Shown piece after piece: positions 38,881 through 51,916 of a stretch of DNA of 64,000 nt; position 1 is the stretch's first letter; each line of letters begins with the position of its first letter. This stretch comes from Gonapodya sp. JEL0774 (lineage: Eukaryota): positions 124,001 through 188,000 of the forward strand of contig JADIIX010000015.1 of the NCBI GenBank assembly GCA_027604505.1, given 5' to 3'. The notes beneath the pieces are model-generated. The model was not told the DNA's origin and did no database searches. It worked only from the letters and a program-made list of their open reading frames with translations. Made by a program: the position numbers and the translations under genes.

Positions 38881-40186
38881 ATGTTCATCCTCTCCGTCCT
38901 CCGCGACCTGATCCGCGTCCCTCCCAACGAATTTGCCCGTCCCAGGAACGACGCCATCATTCATCAGATCAATGAAAAGTTTGCCAACAAGGTGGGGGGA
39001 ACATGAGCTTACAATAGGAAACCGGAAACGGCCACCGGGCAGTGGGCAGCGGAAAACCTCGAGTATGAAGTCGAGCGAATGTGATGAGCGCACAGCGGAG
39101 GCCGGGGCAGTGAGGTTTCCCTGTGGTTGCGGTGTCGAGAGTAGGGTCAACTTTCCCCACGGTGAAACCTTGTCTGTGTTTTCTGCCTCCCATCGATAGG
39201 TTCTCCACAACGTGGGTCTTTGCATTCGCGCGTTCGACTTACTTCAGGTGGGAGATGCGGTGGTCAACATGGTCTCGGACGGGTCGTATTCGGTCACGAG
39301 TGAGTACATCCAATTGCGTGCACAGGTCTCGTTCTTCGATGTGCCACCTCACTCCTCCTAAACACAATTGACACCCCGTACGTTTGGCTTTTCTCTTCCC
39401 TCGTAGCCAAATTCCGCCTCGTCGTGTTTCGCCCCTTTATCGGAGAAGTCCTCCTCGGCAGGGTCCACAGCCAGGGCGACTGGGGGATGAGAGTGTCAAT
39501 GGGGTTTTTCGACGATGTGTTGGTGCCGAGTACTCAGTTTCCGCAAGGATCGAGATAGTGAGTGTGTGGTAATGGGTGGTGGGCTGATGAGGACAGAGTG
39601 GTGGAGGGGTGCTGTGGAACGGTGCTGAAGTGGGAACCCAGCAACCCCAACCAATTCTCAACCGTCAACTTACCATGCATTTAAAAAGTGCTTGTAGAAT
39701 CGCCATTCCTTTGGGAGGGGGGAGGTTCGGCGGTGGTGGAACAGGTTGCGGCCGCCCGAGTCGCGGACACGGAGCGATTTCCGACCTCCCCAACCCCACC
39801 TCCTCACCACCCTGTCTTACCAAACTATTTTAACTGCTCTCATCCCACCCCACAGCGACCACACGACTTCCATGTGGATCTACATCCCCCCCGAAGTGGA
39901 CGCCGACGACCCCGACAACCAGTACCCCTTCCGCATTCACGACATTGTACGATTCCGCGTTCTGGCCGAAAAGTTTGACGACGGCGGACAGGTTGTGGAC
40001 ACCACGTCCGGCCCAGGCGCAGGCGGGGCCGTTGTGGCGGGCGTGGTTGGTAAGGACGGCGAGGGACACGATGTCGTCAAGACGTATTCCATCACTGGGA
40101 CAATGGACGATCCGTTGGGGGGGCTGGGAAATCCGACGTGGTTCTTGCCGCCCGACGAAGAGGAGGCGGACGGAATGGATGAGTAA
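38881..40186 (+). CDS. RPC25: RNA polymerase III subunit C25 (RPC8), 4 exons
   Basis: MFILSVLRDLIRVPPNEF...INEKFANK/VLHNVGLCIRAFDLL...KFRLVVFRPFIGEVLLGRV...SMGFFDDVLVP...IVRFRVLAEKF...YSITGTMDDPLGGLGNPTWF. Confidence 0.93.
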
Positions 40187-41016
40187 CGGACAGGCAGGAG
40201 GGGCAAAGGAGACGGGGAGATGGAGGGCATCTTATGTGGCGATGGTCTGTCGGCATGTTTTCACGGATTCTCTTGGCAGTCGATGAGGCTGCGGTACATA
40301 TGGATTGTGTGACAGTTGTTGCCCAGAGAAGAGGCTGTGAGTACATCGATGCTAGAAGAACGTTTGGAGCTCATCGGTAGGCCCCATGAGTTGATTCCGT
40401 CAACTTGAGAATCTGCGCCTTTGGCGTCTCGGTAACCCACAATAATTAGATGCAATGTAAATAGTGGCCACATTTTTGAAGGCAAAGCATGAGTACGATT
40501 ACAGCATGTACAGATACATTTATTCTCCGAATAGTGCAATTCTGAGGGTCGTTCTGGTGGAGCCAAATTGGGATATGAAGAGTAGGCAGCTGACCTGGGG
40601 CCACACATCAGTGGTGCTTGATTCAAATCAATCTGCGAAAAACGCCGACCGTAGATGAGCAAGCATTGAATCAAAGCGAGAGCGAGTGTGTGGTGGGGAC
40701 AAAGAACAGACTCGGTTGTTTTGTGTACACGTTTTGTGGAAGATCAAACGCCGCAAATGGGTGACGCCGCGAGCACCTCCACGAAAACAGTCAATTTCCA
40801 TGACAAACTTTCTCCAGAAATATCGAAGGAGCATTGAGATATGCTAGAGCACTTCTAACAGAAATTCTTGGTTGCTCACAGCAAATAAAATATGTACTTC
40901 TTTGATTTTGCTGGGAGGCAAAATGGAATGAACGAAGCGTCCAAAGCGCAGGCCGCATTCCAATTCCAGTTTTCAGAAATATCTTACCAACAGCGTCCGC
41001 GAACCCGGCCATCGTG

Positions 41017-44000
41017 ATGCGGTGTCAATCCGCAGTCGCCATTCGCATCCCCCTGCTCCTCCTTGTGGCCGCTCTCGCTGTGACCGTTTTGGGACAGACC
41101 ACCTGTAGAACGGATTCGGACTGCTCTTCTCTCAACGCAGGTGTCCTTGGTGATGCTGCAAATAGGGTGAGGAGGGAAGGCCGTACCCGCCATGACCGGT
41201 CCCTGGTTGTGGATGGGCCGTTCATGTGATGCTGACACCATCCGTTCTGTGCCTTTCATTTTGGAACCTCAACACCCACATGCAATCCCCCTACTTGGAA
41301 CTACTCTTTCCACCCTGCTATAGCCTGGCTCGTACCTTTGCCAGTCTGGGCAGTGTAAATTCGCGGCCAAGGCCAACAACCTGTGCTGGAAACCTTCTGA
41401 CTGCACATCCCACGTTTACTACCAAAGACAGCTCGCCGCTGGATTCAACCTCTCGACACCACGCGTGTTTCCGCCGGATGTAACAAATGTGGAGAAGTAT
41501 CTCGAGAGTCTCTGCTCCCCATTACATTGCGATTCCACCACATGCGACGTTTCCTTGGTGAGTGTGCGAACTGAAAATTTGTCAGTGAGCCCACGGACTC
41601 CAAGAAACTACTCTCTGATCGAATGGACTTTTCTTGCGAGCGAACGAGGACGTGTACCGCTCTAACTCCACTCCCTGGATTTCCAGCCCTACCTTTCCTC
41701 CCAGCCAACCCAAAACACTCAGTCTTGCTGCGCAGGAGTCATGAACGGTCTCACCTGCAGTGTCCTCCTTTACGAAAACGACCCGTGCAAGGACCACTCA
41801 TCCTGTCAGGGTGTTCCCGACCTTGGTGAATCTCAGTGCCTGGACGTCAACTACCACTCATCTGTGTGGATTGGTGTCATCATTACGCTGTGTGGTGCAA
41901 CCATCACCAACTTGGGTCTCAACTTGCAAAAGTACGCCCTTCGAAAGCGGATTGAGAAGCGCGAGGAGGCAGATCTTATTGAGCGGCGCTCCAGCAGGAT
42001 CTGGAGTGAGCACAGCACCGTCATGGACAATCCTTCTCGGTCGAGAGTGTGGCATGGTCCTGGTGGGGTATTGAGGACGTTGAGAGCCAAGCTCGACGAG
42101 CGGCATCGCAAAGCGAGCAATCACTTGGGTTCTGAAACCACTGCCGCTCCTTTGGGAGACCCAGTCAGCGATTCCACTTCGTCTTCTACGGAGTTGAATT
42201 TCGATGGCAATGTGTTTGTGCAGTCGTTAGATATGGGTGGCACGGATAACTCAGCTGTTGACCCTGTGCAACAGATTGTCAGTCATGCCATCGCCGCCGT
42301 CGACGAGGCGGAGCTGCTTAGTGAGCAGGCGAAATCAGTGGCAGAAATAGAGACAGCGAGTGAAACAGTCACAGCCGCTTCAGCGGGTGTTCAGGCGTCG
42401 AGCACGAGCGCCGTTGCGATTTCGGAATCCGACACAACGGAGTCGACCGTTGTGAGCGGATTGGGTCCCCGCAAGCAATCAATACAACGCTCTTCATCTG
42501 CCGCAACCCTACCTGCCTCCATTAACACGGGAAACTTTCCTGCTTCCCAACGCAAAATCGACACTGCGCCTTCCTCGCCGACACGATTCTCCCCGAAGCG
42601 CCAACTCCAGTCCGCCATGAAGCGAAACAGTTCTTATGCTGATTCTCTACCAACTCGTCACTCAGTTGCAGGCGAGTATGCAAATCACGTACCCCCATCC
42701 CCGACACGTGCCTCCGTCATCCTTCCAGACGACGCGGGGGCATCCTCCCACACTATCGTGCTCAGCCCTTCTCGAAGCTCCCTCGAGCGTATTCGCGAAG
42801 CTGACATGCGTCCGAGAAAGTCCGTCGACTTTGCCATGGAGGATGATCCCGTTGATGGTCTTCCAGTGCCCGTCAGTAGGCCTTCGAGTGCGCCCATCAA
42901 AGGGCACAACAAATCCGTCAGCATGTCTGCACCCGCATCGCCACTTCAGCCACCATTTTCGGTGGCGAGGCCCGCCCCGAGGTTCGTTGAAGTGCCTGGT
43001 GTGGGGACGGTGGAGTACAGGGTAGAGCGACCGTTGCCCATTGCGAGGCCAGCCACCGACCCTAACCTCAGTCGGGGATTGCATGGGGGCTCGTCTGGGA
43101 CTGGAGGTCAACCAATGCTCCACAGGGCGCGATCGACTCCACAGGGGCTTTGGCGCGGGGGTTTGCAAGACGCGTACGACATGAGCGTCGACTTGCCCGA
43201 TGGTGGTCGGTTGAGGATCTCTATATCGGAGGAGAGGAGAGGCCGACCTTTGTCGATCGCGGAGATGAGAGAAAACATGACCAAGGAAGAAGTTGAGCAA
43301 GTTGAGGCAAAGCGATTGGTTTCGTCACTCGATTTGAAGGATCTAATACGAAATCCGGTGGGTTCAATGTGCAAGTGACGGAACAGTTTAAAGATATCCT
43401 TATGACTTTTGTTGGCAATGTTGCTGATGTGGTCCACAGATTTGGGTGATCGGCCTCGCTGTCTTTATATTCGCCAATGTCCTCAACTTCATCGCTCTCA
43501 ACTTCGCTCCACAATCACTCACTGCACCTCTGGGTGCCATCTCTCTGGTAACGAATGTCATTGTCGCACCACTCATGAACAAGGAAAAGTTCACATGGCG
43601 AGACATTGTCGGTGTGGCGTTAATTGTAGCGGGTTCAGTGCTTGTGGTCGTGTTTGCCGGCACAACCTATGGGGATTACCCCCTTTGTGTTCTCATCGCT
43701 TTGTTTAGCGAGCCAGGAACCATTGCCCTCCTAACTATCATCGGTGCTGGGGTAATCTCTTTGTATTTCTTCATCAGGATCGTCGAGGCCAACATAGAGG
43801 GACACTGCACAATACCTGATGACTCCGCTTCTGTCTTCGAGGATCCGAGCGAACTACAAAGTGTACAAGCCACCTCTCCTGAGCCAAAGAGGAGCCCAGA
43901 GATGTCACCGGGAGTCCACGACAGCCGAAAAGGAATGGGTTCGGTCGCTCGGTTCTGGAAAGGAGTCTTCGGGAAGCGACGAGCTGGCTCAAATACCACG

Positions 44001-44884
44001 GCGACCGAAAATTCAAGTACGGAAAGCGTGCCAGCTGCAGCGGAAGGGATTGAAGTTACCAGAACGTCCACTACCAAGGGGGACCTCTCATCCATAGCTC
44101 AAACCTCTGTTATCACCAGTTCGTCCCCGGAACTCCTGCCAGAGGCCACAACGGCAACGCCAGGCTCCCGGGATCGGGTAGTTTCGACGGTCACGAGCTT
44201 TTCGGGATCTATGAACGGGAAGATGACTTTTGCGAGGCTAGTGCGACGTCTCAAGAGACGGTGGACCAACCTTCGGCTCATTCCAAGGTTGAGACACGAT
44301 CTGCCGATGAACCATGTAGTGGTTCGTCTGTTCTTGCCTTTTGCGTATGCAAGCTTGGGAGTGAGTACGTTGTTTGGTGTTCCTCATACTCATGATGCTC
44401 ATTGCTGTGAGACCACTTAGGGCTTGATGGGAACTTTGACTGTGCTCTTCGCGAAATCAACGATCTACCTGCTCACTTTGTCTATTTTCAATCACTACAA
44501 TCAGTATAACAACGTTTTCGCTTGGTTCATCACGGCAGTCACCGTCATTACGGCGGTGTCGCAAGTGTACTGGATTAACATGGGACTTCAACGATACGAT
44601 GCCCTGCTACAGATTCCAGTTTATTTCACTGGTGAGTGAACTTGCGTCGGATGCTGTGGTGGAGTTTGTGTGCTTATTCTGTGGCTTTACCAGTGTGGAC
44701 ACTGTTCGACGTGGTCGGTGGGGGGATCTACTTCAGCGAATTTCAAAGCTTCAACGTCACGAAGGCAATTGGATTTACATTGGGGGTATTGGTAATATTT
44801 TCTGGTGTTGGCGTTCTTACAGATCGTCTTAAGAGATTGCAGGACGCGGATGATGAACTTGAACGGGCTCGACAGGGGAAATGA
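41017..44884 (+). CDS. NIPA-family (Mg2+ transporter/DMT) protein with signal peptide, Cys-rich ectodomain and large cytoplasmic insert
   Basis: NIPA motifs WIGVIITLCGATITNLGLNLQK, NFIALNFAPQSLTAPLGAISLVTNVIVAP, GTLTVLFAKS, QVYWINMGLQRYDALLQIPVYF and GGGIYFSEF. Upstream exons 41017-41166 and 41324-41557 splice in frame. Confidence 0.88.
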
Positions 44885-45043
44885 TTTCACATTCACTCCA
44901 TAGCAGTGTAATTGCGCTTTTCCCAACCTGCTGTACCTAAGAAATAAATAACTTTTTGTTCTTTCGTGTTCATAAGACGATGCTCAGATCGAGAGAACCC
45001 AAGATTTGGTGCGCGAGGTAAATATATTCCATTTTGCCCAACC

Positions 45044-46202
45044 CTACACATCATCTTCTCCCTGTGCCGTGAGAATCTCATCAGGTTTACCGCGGGTACG
45101 TGAAAGGACCGACCTGAAATTAGAGTACCAACCCGTGAACTTCATCGCATTCTCGAAGAGTACAAAAAGCACTCACCCGTCAGCCCTCCCAAACAACGCA
45201 ACCTCGGCCATCCCCACGAAGAGACCGACTTCGACCACACCCGTAACAGTTCTTACCGTCACCTCAAGCTCTGCAGGGTTTCGAATAGGTCCGAAATGAG
45301 TGTCCAGAATTAAATTTCCGTTGTCGGTGATGACCTGCAAAAAGGAGATTGCGTAGTTGTCGACCGCAAATACAGCAGCCTTAGACGTACCGGTCCTGCT
45401 TTTCGCACAGCCATTCGTAAATTAACTGTGATTGCACCGAGCGCTTTGAGTTTCTTGGCAACGGGCACCCAAGCCATTGGGATAACCTCGATCGGGACTC
45501 CTTGAGTCCACTGGGCAACCGATTGAAGAGAGCGGACTGCATCAGCATAAGCCGACATTCACCACAGCTTTTGTGAAAATATATGACCAACAACTCACGA
45601 GCATTCCCAATGCTTCTGACTCTTTTCGCCAATCAGCTACCAGCACAAATTTCTTCGCGTTGTAGGCGACGAGCTTCTCTTGAAGATGGCACCCACCACC
45701 ACCTTTGATGCAGTTGAGTTGTGGGTCAACTTCGTCAGCACCATCAATGTCGATGTCGACCTCTGGTTATTCGTTTAGGTGTGAATGCCAGGTGGGGAAT
45801 GCTCATCGTCGAAGACTTGCGTCTAGTCCCATAGCTTTCAGTGAAGCCACACGTACCAGGGTACTGACTAAGATCACCTAAGGGCAACCCAGCATCCACA
45901 ATAAGATCCTTCGCCTGCCAGCTGGTGGGGATACAAACCACACTCCGCACATTGGCCTTCCAACCGCCCGGTGCGCCTGCAATCTTACGTTTAAGGGCTT
46001 CAACTACGGGGACAACTGTACTACCGGATCCGATACCCAAGACGAGTGGTTTGAAATCGGGATTGTCAGATGCTCCAGGTTGTGGAAGATGAATGTGGTG
46101 ACGAACAGCCGCGAAGCCTGAAGCACGCTTGGCGACAGTCGAGAGATCAGCTTCGAGCTTTGCTGCTGGTAATGAACGGTTCACGGAGGCTGTGGAGGTC
46201 AT
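45044..46202 (-). CDS. RKI1: Ribose-5-phosphate isomerase A
   Basis: [59 protein letters not shown] and GVVEVGLF. Confidence 0.95.
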
Positions 46203-46753
46203 TCTAAATGGAGATGAATAATTTGAAGAGCGAAAGGGGGAGAGGCCGGATGATGAGGGAACTGCTGAATAGACGATTCCTGTGGTGCCGAAGCTGGAAA
46301 GGTGGAGAATCCGTTTTTTGGGACAGCGAGCCGTCTTTGCCGCAATCAGAAAATGACCGTGGAGTTCGTTTGGTGAACATTATGAGAGTGAAGTGCGGTG
46401 AAAACCGACCGACAACTACAAGATCCCAAAGCCTAGACAGACTGACGTACCTCCACCATTTTACGATCACTGAGAAAAGAAAGGGAGGGTTCTCAAAATT
46501 CATGCACAGTAATGATAATACTTTCCGTCTTCTGTCGATGTCGATTCCGTTAAACTCAGAAAGCTTGCTTCGCTACGGCAACAGAAGTGCATTTTTCCCT
46601 GAGCAATCAATTAATAAGGCGTGGAAAGGGACATTTGATGTTGCAATGGGTTCATTGGTCGTTCGTGTCGCGAAGGCCGGATGGTGCATACAGGCGTGGG
46701 GGCGCACATTCTTGGTCCGCATCAAACCAACTAACTTGCAATTTACCCTTGGA

Positions 46754-48205
46754 ATGGCAGACTTTGGCGACTTCGAAGGCAGCTCCGACCCAACGGCGGG
46801 TGAGTGTCTCACGAACTCCACTCATTCTGAAGTTCCACGACGAGTGTCCCGGCGTCTCGGGCAATGGCACAGCCTTATTCGGTCAGCGCCAACGTTTGGA
46901 ACAGTGTCACACTCTGGGTAAATGAAATGCGACATAGTCACCACGTCGAATTGTGGATTGGATTGGGCTCGTACTTTTGGGAGCCCGTTTTCTGCCGAAT
47001 TGGTGCAAATTTGGAGCATATCAACTGCGATTGCTCTTCGACGTCCTGCACGAGCGTCAACCAAATTATCATACAAATGAGACAGCTACGACGTGCACAT
47101 CATGGATTGATGCTTGATTATACCCCCGCATGAATGACCAAGGCTGCTCGGGAGACCGAATTATAAGTTCCCATTCTGACTTCAACCGGCCCATCGGCTT
47201 TCCACAGACTTCCTTGCTCGCGAAAAGGAACTCCTCGGCGATGACGCCGCTCTGTTTCAAACATCTGCCCCGTTATCTACCCCGTCGGTCATTCCTGCCC
47301 CACTCATCCCCTCTTCCTCTGGCTTGGGGTCCACATCCTCACCACTCATGGTCGCTAACCTCGGAGCCTTCGAAGCACCTATTCCGGACGCATTCAGTGG
47401 AGCCACGTCAATTCCCGGCACCAGCACTCCCCCCCCAGTGTTTGCGCCAGTGCCACCGGGGGGTTCGAGTCCCGTAGGTTCAGCCGCAGCCCCTCCCCCG
47501 CCTTCCCTTTCGAGTCGAGACGGGTGGACTCACACAAAACTACTCGTCTTAAATCTATTCGATTGCAGATTGGAATCATTTCGACACCGTCCGCGGTAGC
47601 GATGAAGAGTGAGCCCGAGCCCGAGCCTGAAGCTGTCACGTACGTTGGCCTGCACGTCCCTTCACGTAAAACCAAAACGTCCAATTTCACGCATAATCTT
47701 CTCTCCACGGCTGTTGACTTTAACGTGGCGCCTCACTGCCATCCGGATTGTCCATTGTAGCCAATGGCGTGAAAAGCAGCGTCTTGAAATCGCCGAGCGA
47801 GACCGCCTCGAGGAGGCCAAACACGACGAAGCACTTGCGCGCGCCCGGGATCAGCTCAAAACCTTCTATGCGGAGTACAACGATAAGAAGGCTAAGACTG
47901 CGGTGAAAAATAGGGAACAAGAGAAGTCCAGGGCCGAGGAGTCGAGGGGAGGAAATGCATGGGTATGTACGGACATCCTGACTTTGAGACCGCGGATATA
48001 CCGGGGACTGATACGAGTGCTCCGATGTTCGTTGTAGGAACGTGTTTACCGCAACATTGAAATGGTCAGCCAGCCTGTTGCCGCCACGGTGACAGGAAGC
48101 AAGTCGTCCAACGTTCCCAAAGCTCCGGCCAAGGACACTTCGAGGTTTAAAAACCTGCTCATTCAGCTCAAGAATGACCCGAACGCGCCGGCCGGGGTAG
48201 CGTAA
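46754..48205 (+). CDS. CLC1: Clathrin light chain
   Basis: MADFGDFEGSSDPTA/DFLAREKELLGDDAALFQ; EPEAVT/QWREKQRLEIAERD; GNAW/ERV; KDTSRFKNLLIQLKNDPNAP. Confidence 0.92.
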
Positions 48206-48565
48206 AGTAGATAAATGGAGCACGGTTTGGCGGTCGAATATTGGATCAAATCAAGCGCAAGAACGGGCCTTAGTTTTCACACGGTGTAAAATCAATATCG
48301 TTTCATTTCACGGGTGGTGATAAAGCGGAAACTGCCCTGGCACTCTTGCGGGCATGCCTCACAAAAAGAAACACATCTTCCCAATTTTGTCAACTGTCTT
48401 TCTATTTCACGAGCTTTTCAAGCATCCATCACCGACAATCATCATCCCCATATTTTGCTAAAAGCGCCAGATTCGCTGACTTTGACCGAGAAATCAACGC
48501 ACTGAAGCTCCGGAGCTCGCCAGAAAACACCTCAGTTTTCCTCCCAGCCAAGCGCAATCACTGCT

Positions 48566-51500
48566 ATGTGGAGAAGCGGAAAGATTCAACCAAAGTATGT
48601 GCTTCAGCCTTGTTTTGAGTGCTCTGAGGGGCCTGGCGAGGCCATGGACATGTTCACTCCCCACACTTGACGACTGATGGCACTTGTCGTCCCGGATCTC
48701 TCCCCGCCAGATACATTGTCGTTACCGGTGGAGTGATATCCGGTATCGGCAAGGGTATCATTGCCTCGTCCATCGGGTTTTTGCTGAAAGCACGAGGATT
48801 CCGTGTCACAGCAGTCAAAATTGATCCATACTTGAATATCGATGCCGGTACAATGAATCCTCTCGAACATGGTGATTATGAGCACTCTTGAAAGATTTTG
48901 CTGGGCTGGTTTTGTGAAGCTTCTCTAAACTTTGCACAATCTGCATCCCAGGCGAGGTTTTTGTTCTCAACGATGGCGGCGAAGTAGACCTTGACCTCGG
49001 CAATTATGAGCGGTTTTTGGACGTTGAACTTACTTCCAACAACAACATCACCACAGGGAAGGTGTACAAAGCAGTGATCGAGGCCGAGGTCAGTGGCAAA
49101 ATTTCCGCACAGCAACCTCGAGCGATATTAGAAACCTGCATCCCCTTAACTCATTCTTTGTTTCGCTTTGGGCTGATTGACGTCACCTCAGCGGAAAGGT
49201 GACTATCTCGGAAAGACGGTGCAGGTGGTACCCCACATAACAAACGAAATCATGAATCGAATCGAGAAAATGGCTCGAATTCCCGTGGACGCGTCTGGAA
49301 TGCCACCAGATATTTGCGTGATCGAGGTTCGTAACTTTCAGCAGGCGAACAGGCTGATTGAGTAGAAACCCTACGGTGACACTGCCGCCATTCCGCTACC
49401 GCCACATCCAGCTTGGTGGAACTGTCGGTGATATCGAGTCCATGCCTTTTATCGAGGCCCTTCGGCAATTCCAATTCAAAGTCGGTGCCGACAATATGTT
49501 TTTCATTCATGTGTCGCTCGTGCCTATTGTTGGATCAGTGGGGGAACAAAAAACGAAGCCTACTCAAGCCAGCGTCAAAGAGCTCAGAGGCTTGGGTATT
49601 AGCCCTGACATGGCGAGTTCTCGCAAAATATGTCGGATTGTCCTTATACTGACTGTTCTGTCCTCGGAATGAAGATCGCGTGTCGGTCGAACAAGGCTCT
49701 GGACCGCAGCGTTATTGAAAAAATATCAGTGTACACGCATGTACCCGTGGACTCGGTTGTAGCAGTGCACGACTGTCCTTCCATTTATCATGTCCCGCTG
49801 TTGTTGCACAAGCAAAATGCTCTAGGGCCGATACTGGCTAAGTTCAGGAGCATCAACCATCCCAACCAAGAGATGGATAGGCCAGATTCGGAGTTACTGT
49901 CCAAGTGGAGGTCCTTGACTTCGAAGTCAGTCACATGTCGTCCAAGAAGCCTGTACACGGCACCGCCATTAACGAATTCCCCCGCTCTTCGCCTCTCAGA
50001 TATGATCGCAACCACGATCGCGTTTCCATTGTTCTTGTGGGAAAATACACGCAATTGGCGGACGCTTATATTTCAGTTGTGAAATCACTCGAGCACGCCG
50101 CACTCAATATCAACAGGAAGCTCGATTTGCACGTAACTATTTTGCAAAATAAGTTGTGTGATCCCGACCTCCTCATCACTAAAACCCCAAACGTTGCTCA
50201 TTGATTTAGTGGATTGAGTCAGAACACCTCGAAGAATCTCAGCGTACCAGTAATCCAGCTGTTTATCATGAAGCCTGGAAGGCACTTTGTGCAGCGTCGG
50301 GAATTTTGGTCCCCGGCGGCTTTGGATATCGGGGTGCTGAAGGCAAAATTTCAGCAATCAAGTGGGCAAGGGAGCACAAAGTACCGTTCCTCGGTGTGTG
50401 CCTTGGGATGCAAATGGCTGTTATTGAATTTGCCAGGAATGTTTGTGGCTTGGACGGTGAGGGATATCATGGTGTACAATGTACCTCCACTGGCTCACCC
50501 AGTTGCGTTGGAAGGTGCAACTTCGGAAGAAATGGACAAGGAAGGTAAACATCAATTGATTAAATTCATGCCCGAGATCGATCCCACCACGATGGGTGGC
50601 ACAATGCGCTTGGGTGAGCGCAAAACCATCTTCACGGAATCTGGGAAGGGATCTCTGGCGCGAAAACTTTATCACAATCGTGACCGCATCCGGGAGCGAC
50701 ATCGACACCGCTACGAGGTCAATACAGATTTTAAGGCCACACTTGAGGCCAAGGGAATGAGGTTTGTTGGACAGGATGAATCGGCGGAGAGGATGGAGAT
50801 AATTGAGCTTTCAGAAGGTGAAGCATTTGTTATTGTTGTGTTCACTTTAAAGGCCTGAAAAGGGTGGATCTTTTGTAATCTCAAATTTCGTCCCCGACAG
50901 AACTTAATCATCCTTTCTTCTTGGGTGTTCAGTATCATCCGGAGTTTTTGAGTCGACCGCTGAGACCTTCACCACCCTATCTAGGCCTTCTCCTTGCTGC
51001 CTCTGGACTTCTTGACGAGTACCTGGATCAGCTTGGGAAAAGCCGCAAGTCGCAACTGGAAACCTCTTCCAATCATGTGTTCTCATCAACAAACGGCTCT
51101 CAGGCTGTACCGCATTCGCTTAATGGGACTTCGGGACTCTCAGAAAAGACGAACTCCCCCTCAGCGCTTTCTTCTGCAATTGATGGGCATTGGCCTTCTG
51201 ACCAACCTTCCTCAAGATCTCTGAGTCCAAACGGTGCTGACGTACTTCGGCAAGGCTCGCTCTATCGTAATCCATCATTCCCACCCGATTTCAATACTGA
51301 GGCATCGGATGATGATACTCTTGAAACCCTCGCTGCAACTCTCGCTGTGTCCCCGACCAAGAGTGTGTCTCTGCCTTCGGCGGATGGAATTCCATTCAAG
51401 TATTCAAACGGGGAAGCTCTGCCGGGCAAAGTCGGACTTCCAGAATCAGCTGAGGAGGCTGGTGCTGACCATGGGAGGCATAAGTTGGAGAAAATGGGGC

Positions 51501-51574
51501 TTGCTCTGCCAGAACCGATAGCCATCGTGGGGGGTGGTGCTGGGCGACTTCAGCTGGCAAACTCTCACACATAA
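48566..51574 (+). CDS. URA7: CTP synthase with low-complexity C-terminal extension
   Basis: [69 protein letters not shown] (catalytic Cys), [10 protein letters not shown] and QYHPE. The first exon and start are inferred. Confidence 0.95.
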
Positions 51575-51916
51575 CTACTCAATATTATTTTGTTTCTAGA
51601 GGATCTGAGCAAGTGTGATTTTTATAATGACATGTACCTGTTTGTCTCCCGTCTCTCTCACGAGTCACGGCGAGGTCCGAAGACTCGTGCGCTAGGCTGG
51701 GGACGACAATAGCAGGTACGTCACTTTCTGCGCTGCGGCGGGAATGATGCGAGGGAAAGAAGCACGTGCCACGTGATTGTGGCGAACGGGTGCACCATCA
51801 CCGACCACAGCTGAAGACCCATTCCCTTGAGAATATGTCATCTTTGTGAGCCCGAGACAAGATTTAAGACAATCAATCCAGCATTCAAATCATCAATTTT
51901 TCTAATCGTTCCATGA

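Noticed and set aside
39080..39170. Box C-like GTGATGA in RPC25 intron 1 (possible snoRNA)
   Set aside because: No matching CTGA box D or terminal stem.
46208..46921. 237-aa ORF between RKI1 and CLC1
   Set aside because: It spans a divergent promoter and merely runs into CLC1 exon 1; the upstream part has no recognisable features.
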